A DNA stretch of 64,000 nucleotides, taken from the NCBI RefSeq assembly GCF_006345805.1, contig NC_043006.1, forward strand, positions 85,684,001-85,748,000, read 5' to 3'. Under the pieces are notes generated by a model. That model saw only the letters and a program-made list of their open reading frames with translations, was not told the DNA's origin and ran no database searches. This DNA is from Octopus sinensis. Taxonomy: Eukaryota. The position numbers were made by a program, and so were the translations under genes. Shown here in pieces: positions 1 to 14,115 of this stretch (position 1 is its first letter; every line of letters begins with the position of its first letter).

Positions 1-222
1 TTGTTTCACATTTTGTTGTGGAAACAGCTTTTTCCTATGTCAGTGCAATAAGCTCAAATCTCTCTAGGGCTAATTCTACCTTTCATTCACCCTTCTATCT
101 TTCTCACTAAAGTCTATAAAGCAAATGCAAAGCATGTATAGGGTTCAATTCAGGTTATTACATTTTTTGCCAGCAAATCTTTATTTTACAATCAAACAAA
201 AAAAGCCATACCATTATTATTA

Positions 223-1700
223 AGGCAGTGGACTAAAGTGGCCAGCTGGTAGAAATGTCGGCATGCTGGGCAAAATGCTAAGCCACATTTCATCCATCTT
301 TACTACAATCTGAGTTCAAATTCCATTGTGGCCGACTTTGCATTTCATCCTTTCAGGATTGATAAAACAAGAAACCAGTTGAGCACTGAGGTAGATGTAA
401 TTAACTATTCCCCTCCCCTCAAAATTACTGGCCTTGTGACAAAATAAGGATTATCAAGGCAGTGAGTTGACAGAATCATTAGCACACTGGACAAAATGCT
501 TAGTAGCCTTTCTTTTGGATCTTTCTGGTCTGAGTCAAAATACTCCTGATGCCAACTCTGTCTTTTATCCATTTGTGGTCAATAAAATAAAGTACCAGTC
601 AAGTAGTGATACTTTAGTTGATGTAATCAACTGAGTGTGGAGGTGCATGGCTTAAGATCGTAAGATTGTGGTTTCGATTCCTGGACTGGGCAACGCGTTG
701 TGTTCTTGAGCAAAACACTTCATTTTCACGTCGCTCCAGTCCACTCAGCTGGCAAAAATAAGTAATGCTACGATGGACAGGCGTCCTGTCCAACTGGGGA
801 ACACATACACCATAGAAACTGGGAAACTGAGCCTATGAGCCTGGCTAGGCTTTAAAAGGGGTGCATTTGGAGGTGCAATCGCCCAATGGTTAGGGCAGCA
901 GACTCACAGTTGGAGGATTGTGGTTTCGATTCCCAGACCAGGCATTGTGTGTGTTTATTGAGTGAAAACATCTAAAAGCTCCACAAGGCTCCGGCAGGGG
1001 GTGGTAACGACCCCTGTTGTACTCTTTCGCCACCACTTTCTCTCTCTCTCTCTTCCTGTTTCTTGAGTAACGCTGCGATGGACTGGCGTCCCGTCCAGCT
1101 GGGGGGAATACATATGCCACAGAAACCGGGAAACCAGGCCCATGAGCCTGGCTAGGCTTGAAAAGGGCGAAAAAAGAAACAAAAAGAAAATCAACTGAGT
1201 CCTCTTCTTGAAATAACTGGCCTTGTGCCGGAATTTGAAAGCATTATTAACTATCAAGGCAGTAACCTTGCTGATTCATTACCATGCTTTCAAATCTTGC
1301 AGAGGTCAACTTTACTGCTCATCCTTTCTAGGTCAATAAAATTAAGTACCAGTTATATACTTGAGCTTATGGAATCAACCAACACCCTCCTTAAATTGCT
1401 GGTCATGTGCTGAAATCAGTAATTATATCATTTAAAAAAATTAGAAACAATTATTATTATTATTAAAAACCGGTGGATTTCAGAATTTGTACAAATGAAC
1501 TTGGCCTAGTAGTTAGGGTGTTAAACTTGCAATCTTGTGATTTAATTCCCAGAATGGGCAGACTGTTGTGTTCTTGAGAAAAACACTTCATTTCACTCCA
1601 GTTCACTCAACTGTAAATGAGCAACCCTGTGATGGACTAGCATCCTATACAGGGGAAATGCATTCTCAGTCACTTTTATGCTAGAAAGAAATTTAGTAAT
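223..1700 (+). mobile_element. Cluster of old, diverged tRNA-derived SINE copies (several families)
   Basis: Recurring A-box/B-box-like heads (tggtagaaatg...gagttcaaattcc at ~248-324; tggaggtgcaatcgcccaatggttagggcagc...tttcgattccc at ~868-933) and bodies matching better-preserved copies elsewhere in the window. Confidence 0.75.
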
Positions 1701-2406
1701 TGGCTCTATGATTCTTCTGCCTAAAGAAGTACTTTATTTTCTTTAGAATCAGTGTAGCTGCATTGTTCTAGATTCCATTCATCTGAGTACAACTTTGTTG
1801 TTTACCTATATGTGGTACTTAAAATAAGTAACAAGTACCAATTAAATACAGGGGTCAGATTAACTATTTCTCCCATAAAATATGTCACCTTATGCTGATA
1901 TCAGAAATGATTATCATTTTTGTTTAGCAAGGCAAATTTTGCTTTGCATTCATCCAAAGTTGATAAAATGGGTATCAGTTAAATTCTAAGATTTGTGTAA
2001 TTTTTTCCTTTCCTTAAAACTTTCAGATTTTTTAGTTTTAAGTTAGAAATCCTTATTAGGGTGATTGGATAGTGGCAGAAACAGTTATGTTGGATTAAAG
2101 CAGCGTTTCTCAACCATTTTCAGTATTCTCCACCATATCATCATCATTTAATGTCTGTCTTCTATGCTGGCATGGATTTGACACTTTGTCAGGATACAAA
2201 GAGCTACAAGATGAAGTCAAGCTCCAATATCTGCTTTTGCATGATCTCTGTGGCTGGATACATTGTTATCACATTTATATCTCACATTTTGAGGCATTTT
2301 CTAACCCCTAACCCTAAACCTCATTATATATATATATATTATGTACACTTTCTGTTCTTTGTAGGGTCTTTAGAGACCAATACTTATTATTCACTCTCAC
2401 AATTTA

Positions 2407-2524
2407 TCTCTCTAGCTATCCATTATGCTCTCCCCCTCCTCCTCTCTATCTAGCTATCCATTATGCTCTCACCCTCCTCCTCTCTATCTAGCTATCCATT
2501 ATGCTCTCACCCTCCTCCTCTCTA
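2407..2524. repeat. 38-bp minisatellite, about 3 copies
   Basis: ctagctatccattatgctctc(a/c)ccctcctcctctctat starts at 2412, 2450 and 2488. Confidence 0.9.
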
Positions 2525-4289
2525 GTAATGGTGCCATGATAAAAAGGCACTCAGTGCATTCTAAGTGTTAGTTTGAGAGGTTCTCTTTATATTGTTGAAA
2601 TCTTGACAACCTTCCTAGTGCTGGTGGCATGACTCTCTGTAAAGTGATTAGTGTTAGCAAGAGCATCCAGCCATAGGAACCAAACAGAAAATGTAATTTC
2701 CAGGCAAGATGCAGTCCTCCAACTTATCTCACTCGAGGTGCAAAGTGAGTCATCCAGCTGATGCAAGTATAGTAAGCAAACATAAGTTATAAGCAAACAT
2801 GATGTAATGGAATAGTATAGTTCTCATCAGGTCCTATGGATCACAAGCTGGCAAGTTCATGTCTTGTTGGATGAAATGACATGATGTCATGTTTGAATTA
2901 GTGTTAGGACTTCACAAAAATATCATTGATGTTTAGCACCCGATCAATCCTGATCCTCCTGATCTCTCTTAAATATATCGACAACAAAACAACCAGATTG
3001 TTGTTATTTTTGTTCAGTTTCAAGTCAGTCCTGATTCATAAGATCACAATTAAATGGTGGATGGTAAAACTAAATTTGATGAGCCAATGAAAGGGGCTTC
3101 TACAAGTTTACTTAATCTGCTAGAAATAACCAAATCTCCCTCAACTCTTCCAGCCATAAGCTAGGACACTGGCCTTCTGTCAGTGACAATGATGTGTATT
3201 CCAGTTGATCCAATCAGCGAAAGATCCTGCTTGTGAAATTAACGTGCAAATCATTGAGCACTCCACAGGTACACATACTCTTAAAGTAGTTCTTGCAGGG
3301 ATTCAGCATGACATAGGATGTGACAAAGCTGGCCCTTTGAAATACAGGTACAACTCTTTTTGCCAGATGAGTGGACTGGAGCAACATGAAACAAAGTGTT
3401 TTGCGCAAGGATACAAAGTACCACCAGGAATCGAACTCATGACCTTACAGTCATAAACTGAATACCCTAACCACTAAACCTTAAAATAGGAAGGATACAT
3501 TGGAAAACATAAAGTGGATAAAAAGTTGGGTAGTCATGCTTGGTATATCTTTTATCATTGGACTACAGGTCCAGAGTTGACCGGTGGGCTAAGCCACTAT
3601 AGCAACTAGGTTTGATCCATACTCAAGACGTACTGTGCCTTTGTCTTGTAGAGAGAACCCTGTTACATGTTCCCATGTGCAGTGGTTTATTGTACTGTGA
3701 CAGTCAGGATATATTACAGTTTGTTTCTACATGCCACTTATTGTTGCTTAGTTCTAGGTCAACTCTATCAGACTACTGACCATCAAAGGCATTCTACCAA
3801 GGGTTCCAATCTTTATGGGGGGGTGTCTTGGATTGTCTTATCCTGTGTGCACTTTCTTTCTTTTAGATGACAGGGTATGATTGAAAAAAAATTGGCTGCT
3901 GTTTCTAGCAGACCAAGCAACCAGTTAGAGGTTTTATCATTGATTTATCTGTATACCTGTTTAGTCCAGGTCAACTCTGAATAAGCAGACCTATGACCAA
4001 AGGTATCCACATGTGAACATCCTGTCTTCTTAGAGTTATGTAGAACTAAATCATTTAGTGTGTTCTTTCCTTTCTTAAGGCAACAATGTTAATGGAAGGA
4101 AATTTGGCTGCTATTTCTAGCAGATCAAGTGGTCAGTTGAAAATTTCCTCAATGGCTTTGCCAGCCTGTGGGTTCTGATTGGTTACCTTTATGGTTGCAA
4201 GCAATATGGTCTTGGCTGACTGTTTCTGTTCTTGTGATTACTGCTGTCTCTCAGTACAATGTCTTGGGTTAATAGAATTATATATAATG

Positions 4290-5850
4290 AAATTATTGTA
4301 TACAGTGCTCAGGTGCACCACAACTTGTCAAAAGTGCATATAAAGCATATGCAGTAATGTACAAATGTCTGGAAAGTGAACAGTGTATGAGTCAGATACA
4401 TGCTTGCATGTGTATGGAGGGGAGAAAATCAGGTGTAGTGTAGGCGAATCTCAGGAAGCATGGAAGTTTTGAAGGATGCAGTGCTCCGACAACTAACAAC
4501 TGATGCCAGCAGTTTGTTCCATACTTCAGCAACTCTTAGCATGAAAAAATGTTTCTGAAAGTCATGGGAGCTATGCTGTTTTCTGACTTTGTAAACATGT
4601 CCACGGGTAGTTGACAGGTAGAGTTTGAAAAGGTGCTCAGAGTTATTATTTGTAAGATGGTTAATAATTTGATGTGTCTGCCAAGTCAGCTACCAGACGT
4701 CAGAGTTTCAATGTATCCATGCCCAGGGAGGTAAGGCGTTCAGAATATGGCAAATGCCTGATGGAGGGTATTCTGTTGGTTGCACATCGCTGAAAGGTTT
4801 CCAGACGATTAATATCCTGGGCAAGATAGGGGTTCCAGACCGGTGATGCAAATTCCAGGTGAGGCCGCAACATAGCTATATAAAGTCTGAGATAGATAGC
4901 CGGAGAGCAGCTCACAAAGGACTTGGTGAGGGATGCCAAGACACCCTCAGACTTCTTGGCAATTTTAGCAATGTGTTTTGTCCAATGCAAATCGCTGTTG
5001 ACAATAATGCCCAGGTCACGTTCACAAGAAGACTTTTTGAGATTAGTGTTGTGGAGGGAGTAAGTAGACGCTGGGTTTTTCCTCCCGAAATGCATGGTGG
5101 TACATTTGTCCACAGCCAGCTTGAGTTGCCAGTCCATGATCCACTGCTGCATTGTGTCCAGGTCTGATTGCAATAAAGATCTATAGTGAACAGGATCTGT
5201 CCTCTTTATTTCAAGGTACAGCTTGATGTCATCTGCATATTTCAGCACTGTGGCATTTTTTAAGTTGACATCTATGTCGTTAACATATGCAACAAATAAA
5301 AGGGGGCCAAGAACAGATCCCTGTGGTACACCAGATGTCATCTCATAGGGTGAAGAGTGCTGTCCTAGAACTGTGACAACCTCTTTTCAGCCGATAATGA
5401 AGGACTTCAACCAATTAGAGAGATCATCTCTTACACTGCAGAGAGTTTCACCACAAGTCTTTTGTGTGGCACAGAATTAAAAGCCTTAGCAAAGTCCAAG
5501 TAAACAACATCCACCCAGGATCCGCGATCAGTGATTCGGGTAATGTCCTCAAGAAACTCGATGAGTTGATTACAGTAGTTGGAGTTAGGAATAAATCCAA
5601 ATTGTGACAGCTGGATGAGGCTGTGAGACTTCCAGAAATTCCAGAGGGTTTCTCTTACACAGGATTCCATCAGTTTGGTGATGCAGCTAGTAAGACTGAT
5701 GAGGCGATAGTTGACAGGCGATGTGCAGTCACCTCTTTTGAACAGAGGGATAACACTCGCAGTTTTTCACTGCTCTGGAGTAACACCATTGTCAAGACAG
5801 AATTGAAAGAATAGTGAAAGTTGGTTTAGAAGAAAGAACCTACCGCGTTT
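4290..5850 (-). mobile_element. 5'-truncated, decayed CR1-type LINE (RT and C-terminus)
   Basis: ORF 5431-5670 has VDVVYLDFAKAFNSVPHKRL. ORF 4700-5341 has TSGVPQGSVLGPLLF and YADDIK. C-terminal TRGHVYKV...FFMLRVAEVWNKL near 4500-4610. Stops and frameshifts lie between the segments. Confidence 0.9.
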
Positions 5851-7045
5851 GAGAAGTAGGTATGTAACACCATCGAGACCAGGAGAGGCATAGTTGCATT
5901 TATTCTTAAGGTGGCATTGTAGCATTGCTGGTGTAAATAATTGATGCTTTTGCTATTTTAAGAGTAAGTAGGAAGGATGAATATTTTGGGGCATTTCCAT
6001 TGTAATAGCAATTATAGCAGTTTTGTAGAGATATCTGTTAGCTTAGGTGTGATTTGACAAAGGCTGTGAGAGTTGGTAGCAACAAACATGGCAGTGTCTT
6101 TCTCCTAACTTTTACATTTATTTTCTTTTTAATGCTGGTACCATGGGTTTGGATGAAGACATCTTGATGTAGTATTGTACATTTGGATATTCTTCCTCTT
6201 GCTAAAAACTTACTTGTTTTGCAGGTAAGGCAGTCTGTGATCCTGCTTGTCCTCTTGAGACACAATTATAGAATATATAGCTTATAGGAGAAGACATAGA
6301 TATGACGTTACTACTTTTGCTCAAGCTGTATCGACTGAAGATGTGTGGAGTGTAAACATTCAAACACATAAAAACATGCGGATGCATGTACACTTACATG
6401 TGTGTGTGCAAACATATATGAAATGCACACACACATATTTGTGCAAGTGTGTGTATGTATAATCAGGCTTCATTTTAACTATTTTTGTTTTATTGAATAT
6501 ATAGTCTTCAAGAAATACATGTTATTGGTGCTGATGTTTAATTTATAGAGAACAAAATGTCAAGGCACTGACCTCTACAAGGGACGTGTCAATTGTAGAT
6601 TAGAGGTTGATATAAAGGGATGGTTCCAGTTATCTCATATAAGGTTATAAGAGAACTAGCAATAAAAATGGTACAGGATAAATTAAAGTGGCCTGGAGAC
6701 TTCAATTAATTTTTATAATTTCTTTAGTTGTATGCAATCAAAAGTTACTTCCTTTCCCCTTCCTTTCTCCACCCTTCCTTTGCTTAATTGTATGTGAGTT
6801 TATGTATATAAGTATATATATATATATGGACACACACACACTTAGACACAAGGCATAGCTATATGACCATAAACATATTATAATCAAAATAGAAGCTAAA
6901 ACACATGGGACAAGCAAAAATACAGATACAAGTTAATACACACAGATACACATAAGATTAGACACAGACACAGGTACACATACACACACACATTTTCTCT
7001 AACAGACAGTATTTCTCCTTTTAGAAGCACAAGCGTTTATATTAT

Positions 7046-7112
<67 letters not shown>

Positions 7113-7120
7113 ACACATAC
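7046..7120. repeat. (CA)n microsatellite
   Basis: Direct inspection. Confidence 0.95.
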
Positions 7121-7448
7121 ATTCTATCTCACGTACATGCTTGTTCTTACAATGTCAAACATATATACACACATGAATGGTGAACAGAGGCACAGCAAGT
7201 GTTGGAGGTGGGGTAAAATAGTACATGTGTGAAGGGGGTACAAAATTATTTCTTGCTTTCGGTGCCTTTTTACGCCATTTATGAAGAATTCTTCAGTAGT
7301 TTTTGGTAAGAGTTCTGTCAGTAGTTCAGTCAATGAAATGAACTTCTCATTGTCACTTCCTGGCAATATAATTCCACAGACATTTGTACCTTTTATGTAA
7401 TTATCAGAATGACTCAAAATGATTTTCATTATCATCATCAATCCTTTA

Positions 7449-7622
7449 AAACCACCGACTACACTCTTGGAGTGGTTGGTGTTAGGAAGGGCATCTAGCT
7501 GTAGAAATTCCGCCAGATCAGACTGGCCCCTGGTGCAGCCATCTGGTTCACCAGTCCTCAGTCAAATCGTCCAACCCATGCTAGCATGGAAAGCGGACGT
7601 TAAACGATGATGATGATGATTG
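7449..7622 (+). mobile_element. 3' end fragment of RTE LINE with (GAT)n tail
   Basis: Matches the 3' UTR of the element at 59409-63348 (ggaagggcatc.agctgtagaaa...gctagcatggaaagcggacgttaaacgatgatgatg). Confidence 0.85.
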
Positions 7623-7760
7623 CATGAGTTGGATGCTTGATAGGAGCTGGAGAGCCAAGAAACTATGCCAAGCTCTCTTGTCTGCTTTGGCATGGTTTTT
7701 ACAACTGGATGCCTTTCCTAGTGCCAGTGACAAAGCAAATTAGGTACATCAAGGCTTCTA

Positions 7761-7971
7761 CAAAGGGATGCTGAAAAGTTCCTGGCTTTAAGGGTATTGC
7801 TAACGATCTGGCCCAACCTTCTGAGTTCTTTTACAAGGCTTAGAAAAACTGAAGGACCGCTGCAATAAGTGTGTGAATCTGAGAGGGAAATACGTTGAAT
7901 AAAATCATAATTAACTGATCCTCCTGTATTTTCTTTCACCCAAAGCCATGAACTTTCTAGCACCCCACCCA
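7761..7971 (+). mobile_element. Non-autonomous mariner-type MITE
   Basis: TA-flanked imperfect TIRs (gggatgctgaaaagttcctggcttt / aaagccatgaactttctagcacccc). The interior retains a mariner transposase C-terminus (..RCNKCVNLRGKYVE*). Confidence 0.75.
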
Positions 7972-8061
7972 TATGTGGTTTCTGTCTTCTAAATAACAGT
8001 GGGAAAACTTTGGGCATATTGGTGCTGAGGTAGAAGACAATTGGTAAATAAATGAACTGGC

Positions 8062-8316
8062 CTCATGCCGGTGGCACATAAAAAGCACCATCCGATCGTG
8101 GCCATTTGCCAGCCTCGTCTGGCACCTGAGCTGGTGGCATGTAAATAGTACCCACTACACTCACGGAGTGGTTGGCATTAGGAAGGGCATCCAGCCGTAG
8201 AAACATTGCCAGATCAGACTGGGCCTGGTGCAGCCTTCTGGCTTCCCAGACCCCAGTTGAACCATCCAACCCATGCTAGCATGGAAAGCGGATGCTAAAT
8301 GATGATGATGATGATG
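8062..8316 (+). mobile_element. 3' end fragment of RTE LINE with (GAT)n tail
   Basis: Same 3' UTR as 59409-59690, in the opposite orientation. Confidence 0.85.
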
Positions 8317-11300
8317 AACAATAGTATGAACATGTAAATATTTGTGTTTGTGTGCATATGAACATTTCTATGTGAGTGTATGCATGCATGTATGTGCTTG
8401 TATGCATGCATTGGGTTTTCTTTTTTAATTCCTCCAATAAAGGAGATAATTTCTAACAAACATATTGCTATCATGAAATTTAGATGGCAATAGTATAGAG
8501 TTTGATAAAAATGCCAAGCATTAATAGTGAACACATGCAATTACTAAGCAAACTTCTTAACCACTCAATCACACACATGCACACCCCACACACAATTGTG
8601 TATATATATATATATATATACACACACACTCATGTGTAGACCTGTAATGCTATAATTTCTCCCCTTTAAATTTTCTATATATTTGTGCTCTGTGTAAGTC
8701 TGCTCTGTTAATATATAAACATTTATATATTTATACTTGAATATTCATCGTCTGAAATTTTTCTGTCTTTGCTTTCTCTCTGTTCACATGTATATATGTA
8801 TGTATATTTTATATATCTAACCCAAGCAGTTTTATTTGTTTATTTGCATCATTATCTCCACATACATGCAAATGCACACACAAATATATACATTCATTTG
8901 TGCATGGGTGTACATACATATAAACATGTGTATGCATACATCTTCATCTACATATGCATGTGTAAATGCATATACACACATGTATTAATTTATATGTGCA
9001 TGCATATACCTGCATGTACATGCTTATGCACACACATAAACAAACATGTACATGCAATATTTACTTGTACACACATACATATATAAATGCCCACACAAAC
9101 AAATATGCACATGTCTCTCTGTTTCAGAAACGATGGGAGAAGAGGCTTATAACTGTCCTAGAATCCTTGAGTGTCATATGGTATTATTCAAACATTTGCT
9201 AAAGAATAGCAGGAAAAACAAATGCATCAACTAAGGTCACAAAACTGACAGGAGCAACATCAAGCTGGGAGTTTTCAATGACATTCCAAGTGACCCCAGA
9301 ATTACTGGAATAATCTTAACCTCATCAATGACCTTGAGAAATACTCTACATACAAAAATCAAAGAAGTCAGCATAGATTGTTTTGCTGCCAATTTGGTAA
9401 TATTTCCAGGAAGTGTATTTCTTTTGGACTTACATCAAGTCACATGTAGATCATAATAGTGTACCTGTACTGTCATTCCATCAGTTATGATGATGATTGT
9501 TCCAGTTGGTCTGATCAATAGAACAACCTGCATGTGAAATTAATGTAGAAATGGCTGAGCACTCCACAGACACATATACCTTTAGCCTAGTTCCCAAGGA
9601 GATTCAGTGTGATATACAATGTGACAAGGCTGACCCTTTGAAATACTGGTACTACTCATTTTTGCCACTGGAGTAGACAGGAGCAATGTAAAATAAAGTG
9701 TCTTGCTCAAGGACATATCATGCCACTGGGTATTGAACTCATGGCCTTACAATCATAAGCCATGCATCTTCACATAATTGGTGTGTTTGTCTTTTATTTA
9801 GTTTTTAAATAATCTAAAATCACCAGTTTTTTCAGACAATCATAGGGACCAGTCTAAGTGGAATAATAAAAATATGAAAGACTTTTCTAAAATTCCTCAT
9901 TTAGCTCTATACTATTGCCATCTAAATTTCATGATAGCAATATGTTTGTTAGAAATGAGCTCCTTTATTGGAAGAATTAAAAAAGAAAACCCAATACACA
10001 CATAAAAGCACATGCATGCATACACTCATATAAAAATGCTCATACACACACAAACACAGATATTTACATGTTCATACAAATATACACATACATCATATAC
10101 ACAATGGTCCGTTTTATCAGAAGATGAATCAAACCGTAAATTCTTTCCTATTTAAATGCAATAAAGAATTATGCTACAAAATTACAATATCTCACTAACA
10201 CCACTTTTAAATTAAATGTTGCAGAGTAATTCCTACAGTTCAAGCAATGTGTTAATTCTATTTTCCGAACAATGCATGTTCAATCACAATATCTGTGTTA
10301 AGTTGCATGATTTATGCAATGTGTATTAAGTTAACACAAATTATGCAGTAAGTTGCACAAGTTATGCATTATGTGTTAAGATAATTTTTCTTGTGAAAAT
10401 ACGGTGCAAACATTCACACACTTATTGCATAACTTGTTGGTTGTAATTAACTAGTCATAGGTAAATGGTGGTTGTAGCTGACATGCCATAAATGCAGGTG
10501 GTCATAAATCACACAGGTTATAAGTTAGATAGTATCTGATAGATAGCATAGATATTAGATCTGAAATGGAAGTTAGATGAGGATTCTGAGAGGATAATAG
10601 ACAGCTTTAAGAATTAGTCAGATTCAGGAATGGCTGTGAGGGCATGTTTGTTTGTATGTCACCTTGAGCAAGAAAGAAACTTCTATCAAAGACTTATATT
10701 ATGCTATTATAAACCTTTCTGCTGTAGGCACAAGACCTTAAAATTAGGGGGAGATAGTCGATTACATCGACCCAAATGCATAACTGGTACTTATTTCATT
10801 GACCCCGAAAGGATGAAAGGCAAAGTCGACCTTGGTGGGATATTTTGCTCTTATAATGTGAATGAAATTTGGAAGACTGAAACTGTATAAAAGTAAGTAG
10901 CTTTTGTGTATATGTATGTTACATTTATAAATATCAACCAGATGCAAACATCGTTGAAGAAACACTTGAAGTATTTTGCCATTGTTGTTCTTCTCTGAGT
11001 CACAGACACACACTTGTTACCCTCAGTATCAGAAGGGTAGTAAATCAATGATTTGCTTATCAAAAACCTCTAACATATTATGCTGTAGTACATTATTTGC
11101 AATATCTAAAATAATTGTCCGCAATTCTTGGGTGGAAGAATAATGTTCTTAGGAACAGTCGCGAAGTGTTTTAGCCGAAGTGATAAGAAATAGAAGCGGC
11201 ATAAATAGAGTAGATGGTTTGGCTAGTATCGGGATGTACAGGTTGTGAAGAAAGAAATTAGTGAGGAGCTGTGTTTAGTAAACATCACCATCATTTTAAC

Positions 11301-11719
11301 ATCTACCTTCTTTTGCTTGCAAAAGTAAGATGAAACTCCATTGGAATAGGGTTTTCTATGTTGAGATGCCCTTCCTGATACCAACCTTCACCTATTTTCA
11401 AGCAATATAATAATCTCCAGGTTTATTGAACGATGATCAACCTGAACATAGTAAAACTGAGAAAGTGGAAATGTTTGAATGAGTCTTTTGTTCACAAAGA
11501 ACATGTAATATGTAAAAAAAAAAAAGCTGAACATTCTTTGACAGTGGACTGCAAGCAAAGAGCACTACATGTATAAACAGTGATACTTTTACTTACATTT
11601 AGCCTACATGTGTGAAGAGAAAGGGAAATACTAACTCACTCACACAAATGCTCACTTGCATACATACAGACAAATGTGACTTGTGTATGTGTATATATAC
11701 ATATATATGGTGACTGCTG

Positions 11720-12478
11720 AGGACATACACAGGCTTAAAAGAAATGAAGCTAGTATGCTCCACTGGATGTGGAACATCAGTTTGCATATACAACAGAGTG
11801 TAGGTGCTCTGAAAAAAGAGTTGGACATAAGAAGCATCAGATGTAGTGTGCAAGAGAGATGACTGCACTGGTATGGTCATGTGTTGTGTATAAATGAGTA
11901 CAGCTGTGTGAAGAAGTTTCACACCCTAACAGTGGAGGGAACCTGTGGAAGAGGTAGATCCAGGAAGACATGGGATGAAGTGGTGTAGCATGACTTTCAA
12001 ATGTTGGGCCTCACAGAGGCAATGACAAGCGACTGAGACCTTTAGAGATATGCTGTGCTTGAGATCTGGTAACTGTGGCTGATACCATTGCTGCATAACC
12101 AGCCCATTTAAAAGTACCCTTCAATCATCGGGCAATATGCTGTGCTTGAAAAGGCCTGTTGAGTCAAGAGAAATAGTAATCATGGCACCCATGCTGGTGG
12201 CACGTAAAAATCACCATTGGAGCATGGTCAATGCCAGTGGCACATAAAAAGCACTATTTGAGCATAGTCGATGCTAGTGAGCCTGACTAGTCCCCATGCC
12301 AGTAGCACATAAAAAGCACCACTATGCTCTCAGAGTTGTTGGTATTAGGAAGGATATCCAGCTGTAGAAACCTTGCCAGATCAGACAGGAGCCTGGTTGA
12401 ACCTCCTAGCTTACCAATCCTCAGTCAAACCGTCCAATCCATGCCAGTATGGAAAGCAGACATTAAAGGATGATGATG
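11720..12478 (+). mobile_element. 5'-truncated, decayed RTE LINE (ORF C-terminus and 3' UTR)
   Basis: Degenerate match to NEASMLRWMCN...QERRLRWYGHV...GRPRKTWDEVV of the intact ORF, then the 3' UTR and a gatgatg tail. Confidence 0.85.
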
Positions 12479-12702
12479 AAATATATATATGTACGTATGT
12501 ATGTATATATATATATATATATATAATAATAAATATTAGGGAATAAATCCAAATTTACAGGGAAAAATCAGATTTAGGATTAAATCCAATTTTATAGTAA
12601 AATATTATATAATATAATTCGAGACAAAACCACTATTTTGCAAAACAAACAAGGAAAGACTGAATCAATACATAAAAATTTTTAATATAAAGAAATAAAC
12701 CG

Positions 12703-12745
12703 CCACTACAATCGTTTCATGTCTTCAATGACATTCGTCAGGTGG
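12703..12745 (-). ncRNA. Minimal type I hammerhead ribozyme motif (antisense arm of palindrome)
   Basis: Reverse complement of 12829-12871. Confidence 0.7.
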
Positions 12746-12828
12746 ATTTTCGATCTCCTAATCTGTTTTAATTTATGAAGTCATAAATTTATGAAGTCAT
12801 AAATTAAAACAGATTAGGAGATCGAAAT

Positions 12829-12871
12829 CCACCTGACGAATGTCATTGAAGACATGAAACGATTGTAGTGG
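12829..12871 (+). ncRNA. Minimal type I hammerhead ribozyme motif
   Basis: CCAC CUGACGA AUGUC-auugaa-GACAU GAA AC-gauu-GU A GUGG. All three stems and the core are present; predicted GUA cleavage after 12867. Confidence 0.72.
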
Positions 12872-13199
12872 CGGTTTATTTCTTTATATTAAAAATTTTT
12901 ATGTATTGATTAAGTCTTTCCTTCTTTGTTTGCAAAATGTGGTTTTGACTAGAATTATATTATATAATAAATATAAATATATATATATAATATATATATA
13001 TATATTATATATATATATAATATATATAGAAGGAGCTTCTACAGGACTAGAACTGTTTCATTCAAAAGAAATCATCAGGAAACAGTTCTACTCCTGTAGA
13101 TGAAACAGTTCTAGTCCTGTAGAAGCTCCTTCTATATAATAAATTAATTTACTCTGCTATGTATTGAGTACCTTATTATGTGGTTAACCCCGACTCAAC

Positions 13200-13715
13200 C
13201 CGGGACCTACCTATATATATGATATATATATATATATAGGATAATATATATATATGGATATATATATATATAGATATATGTATATATATATATATATATA
13301 CGATGTCAATATATATATATATATGTTATAATAGATATTATATATGCCTATATATATATGAATAATATATGTATATATTATTATATATGATGATATATAT
13401 ATGTTAATATTATATATATATGTATATATATTATATATGTATATAATATTATAGCTATGTATATAATATCTAAGATGTATATATATATATATAGTGTATA
13501 TATATATATATATAGTATATACCTTAATATATATATGTATATATGATATATATATATGTATATATATATATATGTATATATATATATGTATATATGTATA
13601 TATTATATATGTATATATGTATATATATATATATGTATATATAGTATATATATATATATATATATTATATCTATATGGATATATAGATATATATATATAT
13701 ATGTATATATATATA

Positions 13716-13748
<33 letters not shown>

Positions 13749-13833
13749 TGATATATATATAGTAATATATATATATATGTATTATATATATATATGTATT
13801 ATATTATATATATGTATATATATATATAGTATG

Positions 13834-13884
<51 letters not shown>

Positions 13885-13922
13885 GATATATATAAGTATA
13901 TATGTATATATATTATATATGT

Positions 13923-13985
<63 letters not shown>

Positions 13986-14115
13986 GTATATATATGGATG
14001 TAGGATATATAGTGTGTGTGTGTGTGTGTATATATATAGTATATATATGTATATATATGTATGTTATAATATATATGTGTGTGTGTGTGTATATATATAT
14101 GTGTGTGTGTGTGTG
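13200..14115. repeat. Long degenerate (TA)n/(TG)n microsatellite
   Basis: Direct inspection; irregular phase. Confidence 0.95.
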
